From positions 13,259-77,258 of the forward strand of contig DDKM01000032.1 of assembly GCA_002339345.1 (NCBI GenBank): a stretch of DNA of 64,000 nt, written 5' to 3'. Source of the DNA: Firmicutes bacterium UBA2598 (GTDB lineage Bacteria; Bacillota; PH28-bin88). Below, one piece after another: positions 1 through 7,791 of this stretch; position 1 is the stretch's first letter; every line of letters starts with the position of its first letter. The notes beneath the pieces were generated by a model. It did no database searches and was not told the origin of the DNA. It worked only from the letters and a program-made list of their open reading frames with translations. The position numbers were made by a program, and so were the translations under genes.

Positions 1-1
1 C

Positions 2-379
2 AACTGCTTAAGCCATCCCCGTTTCAAGGTGGAAAAGACCTACCGGGCCCTGGTGAAAGGTGTTCCAGCGGAAGAATCGCTGGCCAAACTACGGCGCGGT
101 GTGATGTTGGAGGATGGTCCTACCGCTCCGGCCAGGGCCAGGCTAATCCGGTCCAGTGCCAGGGATGCCATTGTGGAGTTAACCATCCGCGAAGGGCGCA
201 ACCGGCAGGTGCGCCGAATGTTTGCCAAGGTGGGTCACCCTGTCTTGCATCTCACTCGAACTGGAGTTGCATCCCTGAATTTGGATGGGCTGCATCCCGG
301 AGCCTACCGTGAGCTAACACGGGAGGAAGTGCAGAGGTTAAAAAAATTGGCCGGCTGTCCAAGTGCGATTGATTATTAA
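2..379 (+). CDS. rluB: Pseudouridine synthase, RluB/RsuA family (C-terminal part; 5' end lies upstream of the window)
   Basis: The frame is open from the window edge. The translation ...HPRFKVEKTYRALVKG...EGRNRQVRRMF...HPV..L.R matches the conserved C-terminal motifs of RsuA/RluB pseudouridine synthases. Confidence 0.8.
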   Translation, partial: NCLSHPRFKVEKTYRALVKGVPAEESLAKLRRGVMLEDGPTAPARARLIRSSARDAIVELTIREGRNRQVRRMFAKVGHPVLHLTRTGVASLNLDGLHPGAYRELTREEVQRLKKLAGCPSAIDY

Positions 380-825
380 TCCCTGGGCCTGAAAAACCCC
401 TTGCCACCGGATCCCCAACGTTCAACATCCTTTCCACCGTAATCCTGGAACACATTCATTACCATACCAGCCCTCTCGTTATTGGTTTCTACCAATAACA
501 GGGTTTTGTTTTGCCGGGAGACAGCGTCGCCATAGAATGTAGCGCGGTGTTCCGGGATGCCATAATACTTCAAAGATTGACTCAAATCCTTATCCGGCTG
601 TTGGATGGCACCCGCTAGCGGGCCGGCGACAGACAGTGTGGATCCATGATCTTGCCGAAGATCTGCCCCCTGTACCATTAACCCTTGCCAAGGGATGTGG
701 CCGTCGGTGGGGGAAACCACTGATACTTGATTATTACCCAATCCCTTTTGATTGATGATGTCCACGGCCTGCTGCACTTGTTTGGGAGAGCCGAAAAGAC
801 CGATGACCACGCTTCTGACAGCCAT
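376..825 (-). CDS. Hypothetical protein (149 aa, Gly-rich; possibly a general-stress YflT-like fold)
   Basis: Clean 149-aa ORF convergent with rluB. I do not recognise a confident family. Confidence 0.45.
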   Translation of the reverse strand: MAVRSVVIGLFGSPKQVQQAVDIINQKGLGNNQVSVVSPTDGHIPWQGLMVQGADLRQDHGSTLSVAGPLAGAIQQPDKDLSQSLKYYGIPEHRATFYGDAVSRQNKTLLLVETNNERAGMVMNVFQDYGGKDVERWGSGGKGFFRPRD

Positions 826-914
826 TGCCTTAACCTCCTTCTATTTTTCACAAGGGTATTATGCCGCAAGATGTGAAAGAATAGGCATAAATACACCAAA
901 AGGGGAAGAATCCG

Positions 915-1157
915 ATGCCTACATGCAGCCTGTGTGGTAACACTATTTCTTTTTCCAGCAGCGGTTTTACTGGTCCCTACCGGAACTCCATTTTAGGGGG
1001 TATGTGCCCGGGGGTGGTGGCCATATTTTCCGCCCAGGGGTTATCCCATTGGGAGGGTACTTTAACACCTGACAGTCTTAATTCCGTCTGTCGCTATCCT
1101 GAGCAGTATGTAGATCAGTGCTATCAGTGCGGTTCAACCCGTTTACTGTGGCCATGA
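915..1157 (+). CDS. Hypothetical small Cys-rich protein (CxxC ... CxxC, zinc-ribbon-like)
   Basis: 80-aa ORF with an AAAGGGGAAG Shine-Dalgarno-like element upstream. CSLCG lies near the N-terminus and CYQCG near the C-terminus. No family recognised. Confidence 0.3.
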   Translation: MPTCSLCGNTISFSSSGFTGPYRNSILGGMCPGVVAIFSAQGLSHWEGTLTPDSLNSVCRYPEQYVDQCYQCGSTRLLWP

Positions 1158-1307
1158 CTTTTTAGTGAAAAAGCAGGAATGGATAAATATGACACGAATA
1201 AAGACTGTGGCCATACTAATTTTGGGGGTCAAGCCCTGGTCCTGCTACCGGCCGGGGCTTCGTAATTGAAAAATGTTTATACGGGAAGGGAAGGTGTGTG
1301 AGACAAT

Positions 1308-1850
1308 ATGGCGGAGGACAGATACCAGTTGCCTGTTGGCCTGATTCAGGTATATACAGGTAATGCTAAAGGAAAAAGCACTGCTGCCTTTGGTTTGGCC
1401 ATCCGCGGGGTGGGGCACGGACTGCGTGTGTCTATCGTTCAATTTATGAAAACAGGGTCATATGGCGAAAATGAAACTTTTGCCAGATACCTGCCCCAGA
1501 TAAAAATCAGGTCCTTTGGTCGCAAGGGCTTTATTAAGTCTGGAGGAGCTACACCTGAAGATTACATACTGGCTGCGGAGGCCATGAAGGTTGCCAAGGA
1601 GGACATGCTGTCCGGTGAATGGGACATTCTGATCTTGGATGAGATTAATAATGCCTTGTTCTTTGGGCTGGTTACCCTTGAGGAGGTAATGAATCTACTG
1701 ACACTGAAACCGCAAAGGGTGGAGGTGGTCCTAACAGGGCGCAACGCCCCCAAAGAGATTAAGGACTGTGCCCATTTGGTCACGGAGATGGTGGAGGTCA
1801 AACACCCATACCAACAAAACATACCGGCCAGGAAGGGGATCGAATATTGA
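1308..1850 (+). CDS. cobO: Cob(I)yrinic acid a,c-diamide adenosyltransferase (CobO/BtuR type)
   Basis: The N-terminus GLIQVYTGNAKGKSTAAFGLAIRGVGHGLRVSIVQFMK and the later ILDEIN motif are typical of CobO/BtuR ATP:corrinoid adenosyltransferases. Confidence 0.85.
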   Translation: MAEDRYQLPVGLIQVYTGNAKGKSTAAFGLAIRGVGHGLRVSIVQFMKTGSYGENETFARYLPQIKIRSFGRKGFIKSGGATPEDYILAAEAMKVAKEDMLSGEWDILILDEINNALFFGLVTLEEVMNLLTLKPQRVEVVLTGRNAPKEIKDCAHLVTEMVEVKHPYQQNIPARKGIEY

Positions 1851-1928
1851 GCAGGATAAAGGGAGCAGGAATATGTAACCAGGTTACCGAAATTTCACAA
1901 ATGATATACTTGCCGAGGGGGGAATGGG

Positions 1929-2390
1929 GTGAAATTCCGGCTGGGAGAAGATGTGAACAAGAACCACATTAAGCTCAGGGTACGGTTGGACTACAAGGGA
2001 GAGACGAAACCGGGACGTTTCTTCTTTGGGGGAAAGTCCACCGAAAAGGTGGCGGAGGATACCCGGGAGCAGCGGATTGCGTTGTTACGGAACATTCCCA
2101 TGCAGGGAATTGTGGTTGAAGACATAGACACCACCATGGAAATTTATACCGCCCCGGATGAGACGACTGGGGAGGATATCGCATACGCACCTGCAGTGTT
2201 AACGGTTTGTGCCGATACGTTGGAAGATGTCTTACGGCTGGTCATGCGGGAAGAATTCCGACGGGTTGAAGTTATGGAACCGGATCAACTTACATTATCC
2301 AGATATGAAATTGAAAGACTTTTATTTAAGGTGTCGGATGAGTTTGGACAAGCTCGGCAGTTATGGGAAAGGCGATTAAACAGCAAGTAA
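1929..2390 (+). CDS. Hypothetical conserved protein (153 aa)
   Basis: GTG-initiated ORF with coding-like composition that fills the gap between cobO and the FAH gene. No family recognised. Confidence 0.45.
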   Translation: MKFRLGEDVNKNHIKLRVRLDYKGETKPGRFFFGGKSTEKVAEDTREQRIALLRNIPMQGIVVEDIDTTMEIYTAPDETTGEDIAYAPAVLTVCADTLEDVLRLVMREEFRRVEVMEPDQLTLSRYEIERLLFKVSDEFGQARQLWERRLNSK

Positions 2391-2458
2391 TGTGCATGGC
2401 CCACGGCCTTAATGGTAATCAGGAAACTAAAAGAGACCCATCCATTGGAGGAGCGAGT

Positions 2459-3217
2459 ATGAAACTAGCAAGATTTTGGGACGGCGAGAAGGTACAAGCA
2501 GGGATCATCACCGGTGAAGAAGTAGCAGAGCTTCGGGGTTCCATCTATGGTGGGTATGAATTGACCGGTCGCCACTTCCCCTTTAGGGAAATGTCTCTCC
2601 TTGCTCCGTGCGAACCTACCAAGGTAGTCTGTGTTGGACTGAATTACCGTGATCACGCGGAAGAACTTCATTTAGACATACCAGTTGAACCGGTACTCTT
2701 TTTAAAACCACCGTCATCTGTCATAGGGCATCGTCAGCCCATTTGTAAACCCAAGATTTGCCGCCGGCTGGACCATGAAGCTGAACTAGCGGTGGTGATT
2801 AAAGAAGTCACTCGCAGTGTCTCCCCAACGGAGGCGAAGGATAAAATTCTGGGTTACACCTGTGCCAATGATGTTACAGCCCGGGACTTACAACCAAAGA
2901 CCGGGCAATGGACCCTGGCTAAATCCTTTGACACCTTTTGCCCATTAGGTCCCTTTATCGTCACCGATGTTGATCCAACCAACTTGGAGGTTTCCCTTTT
3001 TCTCAACGGATCCATCCGGCAGAAATCCTCCACGCATCAAATGATCTTTCCGGTATATGATCTTGTTAGCTATATTTCCCGGGTAATGACCCTATTCCCC
3101 GGTGATGTGATCCTGACAGGCACCCCCGGCGGTATAGGCTGCATGGAGCCGGGTGATGAGGTTATTGTGGAAATTTCGGGTGTAGGACGTCTGATAAACG
3201 AAATAATTGAGGGATAG
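2459..3217 (+). CDS. Fumarylacetoacetate hydrolase (FAH) family protein
   Basis: Motifs KVVCVGLNYRDHAEE, HEAELAVVI, YTCANDVTARD and GDVILTGTPGG are FAH-family hallmarks. I moved the start to ATG 2459 (MKLARF...), which is preceded by GGAGGAG. The ORF-track start at 2363 overlaps the previous gene. Confidence 0.85.
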   Translation: MKLARFWDGEKVQAGIITGEEVAELRGSIYGGYELTGRHFPFREMSLLAPCEPTKVVCVGLNYRDHAEELHLDIPVEPVLFLKPPSSVIGHRQPICKPKICRRLDHEAELAVVIKEVTRSVSPTEAKDKILGYTCANDVTARDLQPKTGQWTLAKSFDTFCPLGPFIVTDVDPTNLEVSLFLNGSIRQKSSTHQMIFPVYDLVSYISRVMTLFPGDVILTGTPGGIGCMEPGDEVIVEISGVGRLINEIIEG

Positions 3218-3235
3218 CCTAAACCCCAGGAGGTA

Positions 3236-4480
3236 ATGATTATGTCTTTACCGGTGCTGGTAGTTGGGGGTGGTCCTGCGGGCATCATGGCGGCGATCTG
3301 TTCCGCCACCAACGGCGTACCGGTTGTCCTGTTGGAAAAGGGCAGGCGTTTAGGTACAAAAATGCTCATTACCGGTAAGGGCCGGTGCAATCTCACCAAT
3401 GTTGCTCCCGTTACGGAAATGATTACCCAATATCCCGGCAACGGACAGTTTTTGTATAGTGCCTTGCATACCTTTGACAACCAGGCCTTGATTTCCCTCT
3501 TGTCAGACCTGGGTGTAAAGGTCAAGGTGGAGAGAGGAGGCAGAGTATTTCCAGCCAGTGACATGGCCAAGGATGTGGTTTCCGCCCTGACGGGATACCT
3601 GTACCGTCTGAGAGTGGACATCCGCCTGAACCATCAAGCAACAGGAGTCTCTGTACAGGAAGGTAGAGCAACAGGAATTACCGTGGGGGACTGTTTGGTT
3701 AGGGGACGTGCAGTTGTTGTAGCGACTGGAGGTCTGTCATACCCTCGAACGGGCAGTACCGGCGATGGGTATCGGTGGGCAAAGGATCTGGGACATACCG
3801 TCAATCCCCCCCTACCATCCCTGGTTCCGTTGGAAACAGCGGAAGAATGGCCAACTCAACTACAAGGCCTTACCCTCAAAAACGTAACGGTTAAGGCAGT
3901 GGGCGATGAGGTTCTGGGAAGCGAATTCGGGGAGATGATGTTCACCCACTTTGGTTTGACAGGTCCCATCATACTTACCCTTAGCCGGTATATTGTCCAG
4001 TACCAGGCCAAAAAACCCGGACCGGTTACTCTGTTCATAAATATGAAACCTGCCCTGAAACCTGAGCAGCTGGATGCCCGTATCCAACGTGATTTTCTAA
4101 AATTCAGCCGCCGGCAGTTGAAAAACGCACTAGATGATCTCCTGCCCCAGAGGATGATTCCGGTATTTATTGAGTTGTCAGGCATACCAGGGGATAAATA
4201 TGTACATCAAGTTACCCGGGTTGAACGACAGCATCTTGTTTCCTTGTTACAGGCCATTCCTGTAAGAATTACCGGCACTCGACCTCTGGCTGAGGCTATA
4301 GTCACTGCAGGGGGGGTATCGGTAAAAGAGGTTAACCCAAGAACAATGGAATCCAACCTGGTTTCGGGCCTTTTTTGGGCTGGTGAGGTTTTGGATGTCG
4401 ATGGTTTCACAGGAGGCTATAATTTGCAGGCCGCCTTTTCCACTGGCTATGTGGCTGGTAAATACGCTGCATCCCGGTAA
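3236..4480 (+). CDS. NAD(P)/FAD-dependent oxidoreductase, HI0933/BaiN-like flavoprotein
   Basis: N-terminal GGGPAGIMAA dinucleotide-binding motif, GKGRCNLTN, and C-terminal GGYNLQAAFSTG are typical of the HI0933/YhiN family. Confidence 0.85.
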   Translation: MIMSLPVLVVGGGPAGIMAAICSATNGVPVVLLEKGRRLGTKMLITGKGRCNLTNVAPVTEMITQYPGNGQFLYSALHTFDNQALISLLSDLGVKVKVERGGRVFPASDMAKDVVSALTGYLYRLRVDIRLNHQATGVSVQEGRATGITVGDCLVRGRAVVVATGGLSYPRTGSTGDGYRWAKDLGHTVNPPLPSLVPLETAEEWPTQLQGLTLKNVTVKAVGDEVLGSEFGEMMFTHFGLTGPIILTLSRYIVQYQAKKPGPVTLFINMKPALKPEQLDARIQRDFLKFSRRQLKNALDDLLPQRMIPVFIELSGIPGDKYVHQVTRVERQHLVSLLQAIPVRITGTRPLAEAIVTAGGVSVKEVNPRTMESNLVSGLFWAGEVLDVDGFTGGYNLQAAFSTGYVAGKYAASR

Positions 4481-4507
4481 GTTGCAAGGTATGGGGGGAG
4501 AGAAAAC

Positions 4508-4924
4508 ATGAATCAGGTGGGCAGTAAAAAAACCGCCGCAGTTGCAATTCAGATGGCCATCACAGAAACAAGGGAAGAGGAAAACGAACTGAAGGTGAAG
4601 TATCAGACCATGGGAATAAAGACGGCCGCCGTGGATTACGGTGGTGAATACATTAATGCGGTGAAAAAGATTGTGGAGCGGGCTGTAGTAGCAGCCAAAA
4701 GAGAAGGTGTGATCAAGGAAACCCATGCCGATGAAGGTGCTGTGGCCGGGGCAACCCGCGAGGCACTATCACAGATTATGCCAAAGGCAATCGGTTTAAA
4801 TGTTGGTGGAAAAATCGGTATTGCCCGGTATCGTGATCATGTAAGTGTGGCAGTTTTCTTTGGGATTGGGTTGTTACATCTTGATGAAGTCGGCATTGGC
4901 CTTGGACATCGGGCTGTCCCCTAG
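4508..4924 (+). CDS. HutP-family RNA-binding protein (hut-operon positive-regulator fold), not linked to hut genes here
   Basis: The 138-aa product carries ...[15 protein letters not shown]...[13 protein letters not shown]...[26 protein letters not shown] recognise this as the conserved core of HutP-family proteins. A strong SD (GGGGGGAGAG) precedes the ATG. Confidence 0.75.
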   Translation: MNQVGSKKTAAVAIQMAITETREEENELKVKYQTMGIKTAAVDYGGEYINAVKKIVERAVVAAKREGVIKETHADEGAVAGATREALSQIMPKAIGLNVGGKIGIARYRDHVSVAVFFGIGLLHLDEVGIGLGHRAVP

Positions 4925-4937
4925 GAGGTTTTTATCA

Positions 4938-5327
4938 ATGACTGTGCGGGGTATTCGCGGGGCAATTTCCGTTGAGGAAAACAATCCCGTAGCTATATTG
5001 GCGGCGACACGTCTTTTGCTGGAAGAGATGGTAGATAGGAACGGCCTGATTATTGATGATCTGGTTAGTGTCTTTTTTACCGTTACCAGTGACTTAAATG
5101 CCGCTTTTCCGGCCTTTGCAGCAAGGGAGATGGGGTGGAAGACCGTACCTATGCTTTGCGCTACCGAAATTGATGTACCAGGAGCCCCTGGTGGTATAAT
5201 CAGGGTGTTAATTCACACCAACACACCAAAAAGTCAGGCCGAGATTCGCCATGTTTACCTGGGAGCAGCAGCTTCACTCCGTCCTGATATTGAGCCATCA
5301 CCTGGACCGGGAGGGGCCAATGGATGA
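4938..5327 (+). CDS. aroH: Chorismate mutase, AroH class
   Basis: [16 protein letters not shown]...[16 protein letters not shown]... is the AroH-type chorismate mutase signature. The start was refined to ATG 4938 behind AGGAGG at 4923-4928. Confidence 0.85.
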   Translation: MTVRGIRGAISVEENNPVAILAATRLLLEEMVDRNGLIIDDLVSVFFTVTSDLNAAFPAFAAREMGWKTVPMLCATEIDVPGAPGGIIRVLIHTNTPKSQAEIRHVYLGAAASLRPDIEPSPGPGGANG

Positions 5328-5893
5328 TCGTGGTGATTGACAATTACGATTCTTTCACCTACAACCTGGTGCAATACCTGCAGGAATTGGGTCGCAGGGT
5401 TGTGGTTTACCGTAATGACGCGATCACAACCCAAGGGATCATTAATATAAATGCCACCCATATAATCTTATCACCAGGGCCCTGCACTCCCAATGAGGCA
5501 GGCATATCCATGGAGGTAATTAAGACACTGGGTTCACAAATCCCCATTTTAGGCGTATGTTTAGGGCACCAATGCATTGGACAGGTTTTTGGTGCGCAGG
5601 TGGTCAGATCGCCACAGCTAATGCACGGTAAAACCTCTCGTGTTTTCCACGATGGTCGTACGATTTTCCGCAATATCGAGAATCCTTTTACTGCTACCCG
5701 CTATCACTCCCTCATCCTTAGCCCGGAAACCATCCCGCCTAACTTGGAGGTTTCTGCGGAAACACAACAAGGAGAGATCATGGCAGTGCGCCACAGGGAA
5801 TTGCCCATTGAAGGGGTGCAGTTTCATCCCGAATCAATACTAACAACCCAAGGCAGGCAGATGCTAGAGAACTTTTTACACTATTATACTTAA
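5324..5893 (+). CDS. pabA: Glutamine amidotransferase component II of anthranilate/aminodeoxychorismate synthase (TrpG/PabA)
   Basis: [26 protein letters not shown] (catalytic Cys) and GVQFHPES are class-I GATase TrpG/PabA motifs. The start codon overlaps the aroH stop. Confidence 0.9.
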   Translation: MIVVIDNYDSFTYNLVQYLQELGRRVVVYRNDAITTQGIININATHIILSPGPCTPNEAGISMEVIKTLGSQIPILGVCLGHQCIGQVFGAQVVRSPQLMHGKTSRVFHDGRTIFRNIENPFTATRYHSLILSPETIPPNLEVSAETQQGEIMAVRHRELPIEGVQFHPESILTTQGRQMLENFLHYYT

Positions 5894-5916
5894 GACCTTT
5901 CCTGGAGGGATTTATC

Positions 5917-6492
5917 ATGCCTCCTACGTTGATGGTAAGCGGCATTACCGAAATAACCAGCGTTTCAGAATTACTGTTAGTCGGCACGGGGGCTGTAGGA
6001 TTTCGGTTTATACCAGGAGCCGGGGGTGTAGACCCGGAATGGAGCAGGGAAGTAGTGCTGCAATTGCCTCCCCTGATTGTTCCTGTAGGTATTTTTGCCA
6101 ATCAACCAAAACACGAGGTGCAGGAGATCGCCAGCTTTTGTCGGCTGGATGTCTTACTTTTTATCGGAGAGGAGGTCCCTCAGTATTTTCATGGTTTTAG
6201 CCACCGCGTTATTAAGGGACTTGATTTGTGTAGCCGGGTAGAAGAGAAGGCCAAAGGTTATGCTGACAGGGTATCGGGGTTCCAATTATCTATCCCATCT
6301 GATCAACTGACCGCCCCAGATCACCTTCTGCAGCTTAAACGTCTATCAACCCGGTACCACGTAGTGGTTGCGGGCAGTCTGCCGAAACATACCATGGATT
6401 TGGCCGAGGAATCAGGGGCTGGCGGCGTTCACCTGGATTGGTCAGCATTAAAAGGTTGTAGGGAACATCTTGTATCACCTCTCAGGATATGA
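5917..6492 (+). CDS. Phosphoribosylanthranilate isomerase (TrpF)-like protein, divergent and possibly non-catalytic
   Basis: The N-terminal half aligns by eye to TrpF (VSGIT..., GAVGFRFIPG..., LPPLIVPVGIFAN...EVQEIA...LDVLLFIGEE). The usual KICGIT cysteine is Ser, and the C-terminal GG(S/T)G..FDW phosphate-binding motif is not visible. Confidence 0.55.
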   Translation: MPPTLMVSGITEITSVSELLLVGTGAVGFRFIPGAGGVDPEWSREVVLQLPPLIVPVGIFANQPKHEVQEIASFCRLDVLLFIGEEVPQYFHGFSHRVIKGLDLCSRVEEKAKGYADRVSGFQLSIPSDQLTAPDHLLQLKRLSTRYHVVVAGSLPKHTMDLAEESGAGGVHLDWSALKGCREHLVSPLRI

Positions 6493-6558
6493 TAATATCC
6501 ATAACAAGCCAATGTAGTCGGCTTGAAAAGCCACTGTAATGGGCTTGAAGTTGAACGG

Positions 6559-6599
6559 TAGGAAAATTTTAGGATGTGCAGGATGGTAGGATGGTAGGG
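6559..6599 (+). promoter_or_regulatory. Cluster of five YAGGR repeats (UAGGA x3, CAGGA, UAGGG; three AGGAUG units) in the aroF leader: candidate RNA-binding-protein site
   Basis: Read directly: tAGGA at 6559, tAGGA at 6570, cAGGA at 6579, tAGGA at 6587 and tAGGG at 6595, with start-to-start spacings of 11, 9, 8 and 8 nt. The 3' end forms a tandem aggatggt-aggatggt-aggg. Confidence 0.5.
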
Positions 6600-6625
6600 A
6601 GCATCGTTGAATGCACGATCACTCC
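6597..6625 (+). promoter_or_regulatory. Putative antiterminator hairpin of the aroF leader
   Basis: GGGAG(6597-6601) pairs with CUCC(U) (6622-6626), and AUCGU(6603-6607) pairs with ACGAU(6615-6619), with a 7-nt loop. This hairpin shares residues 6618-6625 with the terminator 5' arm, so the two structures exclude each other. Confidence 0.45.
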
Positions 6626-6646
6626 TGGTGGGGTGATTTTTGCTTT
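6617..6646 (+). terminator. Intrinsic terminator (attenuator) in the leader upstream of aroF
   Basis: GAUCACUCC (6617-6625), loop UGGU, GGGGUGAU(U) (6630-6638), followed by UUUUGCUUU. It lies about 100 nt upstream of the aroF start and inside an operon-internal untranslated region. Confidence 0.6.
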
Positions 6647-6746
6647 CACAACTTCTTCCTTTCGTCCGGCTAAAGGGGGGATTGGTTAAACTACTGGATT
6701 TAGGCCATTCTAGAAAAGCTGGAGAAAATGGCAGGGGGGAAGTGCG

Positions 6747-7775
6747 TTGATAGTTGTGATGTCTCATGGAGCAACCAGTGAACAAATTGCCGCCGTTGAA
6801 GAGCGGTTGAAAAAATCCGGGTTTGATGTCCACCGTTCTGAAGGGGTTTCCCGGACAGTTCTCGGTGTAATTGGGGAGGATACCAAAGCCAAGTTACCCA
6901 GTATGGCTCTGGAAGCCATGGCCGGTGTGGATAAGGTTGTGCCAATCTTACAGCCTTTTAAACTGGCAGGTAGGGAATTTAAACCCGATGACACTGTAAT
7001 CAAAATCGGTGATTTGCGTCTTGGGGGTCCTGATATCCACATTATAGCTGGTCCATGTGCAGTTGAAAACCGGGAACAAATGCTGGAGACAGCCTGTATT
7101 GTTAAGAACGCAGGGGCCACAATGTTACGGGGTGGGGCCTTTAAACCCCGCACTTCTCCTTACAGTTTCCAGGGACTGGAGGAAAAGGGGCTGGAAATCC
7201 TGGCCGAAGCTCGAGCCAAGACCGGCTTGCCGGTGGTAACTGAGGTAATTGATGTGAACACCGTGCCCCTTGTGGCAGAGTATGCTGATGTATTGCAGGT
7301 GGGAGCCCGGAACATGCAGAATTTTCGCTTGCTACGTGAACTTGGTCGTATCCGCAAGCCGGTAATGCTTAAGAGGGGGCCTTCTGCTACCATCGAGGAA
7401 TGGATTTTGGCGGCGGAATATATCATGAGCGGTGGGAATTATGATGTAATCTTTTGCGAGCGGGGCATCCGAACCTTTGAGGTGCATACCCGCAATACAC
7501 TAGACCTAAGTGCTGTGCCCATCCTGAAACACCTGACCCATTTACCGGTGATAGTGGACCCCAGTCACGGCACAGGACGATGGCGTCTTGTACCGGCCAT
7601 GGCCAGAGGGGGATTAGCTGTAGGGGCAGACGGGTTGATGATTGAGGTTCACCCAGATCCCAGCGAAGCCCTTTCTGATGGGCCCCAATCCTTGACGCCG
7701 GAAAACTTCTCCGGTTTAATGGATGAATTGGCCGGTATCGCCACAGTACTGGGAAGGCGGTTTCCGTCAAGCTAA
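6747..7775 (+). CDS. aroF: 3-deoxy-7-phosphoheptulonate (DAHP) synthase, type I-beta with N-terminal ferredoxin-like regulatory domain
   Basis: The TTG start gives MIVVM..., the same N-terminus as the Thermotoga-type DAHPS. Motifs [42 protein letters not shown] and VDPSH are all present. Confidence 0.92.
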   Translation: MIVVMSHGATSEQIAAVEERLKKSGFDVHRSEGVSRTVLGVIGEDTKAKLPSMALEAMAGVDKVVPILQPFKLAGREFKPDDTVIKIGDLRLGGPDIHIIAGPCAVENREQMLETACIVKNAGATMLRGGAFKPRTSPYSFQGLEEKGLEILAEARAKTGLPVVTEVIDVNTVPLVAEYADVLQVGARNMQNFRLLRELGRIRKPVMLKRGPSATIEEWILAAEYIMSGGNYDVIFCERGIRTFEVHTRNTLDLSAVPILKHLTHLPVIVDPSHGTGRWRLVPAMARGGLAVGADGLMIEVHPDPSEALSDGPQSLTPENFSGLMDELAGIATVLGRRFPSS

Positions 7776-7791
7776 TCAGGGAGGAGCCAAT

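Noticed and set aside
1158-1307. Cobalamin riboswitch upstream of cobO.
   Set aside because: The 150-nt spacer lacks the B12-box (rAGYCMGgAgaCCkGCc-like) and the conserved GGGAA/GGUG cores. Nothing resembling the aptamer was seen.
6574-6597. Leader-peptide attenuation via the mini-ORF AUG UGC AGG AUG GUA GGA UGG UAG (MCRMVGW*), which has a Trp codon just before the antiterminator.
   Set aside because: The AGGA lies directly against the AUG, leaving no SD spacing. There is only one aromatic codon. A ribosome stalled there would mask the antiterminator and cause termination under starvation, which is the wrong polarity for a biosynthetic operon.
6493-6746. T-box riboswitch reading of the aroF leader. 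Aromatic amino-acid genes in Clostridia are often T-box controlled, and the terminator loop contains UGGU.
   Set aside because: The leader up to the terminator is only about 125 nt. I find no Stem I features (specifier loop, AG bulge, distal loop motifs). The conserved T-box sequence (AAnnnGGGUGGUACCGCG) is also absent; the nearest string, CUCCUGGUGGGGUGA, matches poorly. A cmscan is still needed for a formal exclusion.
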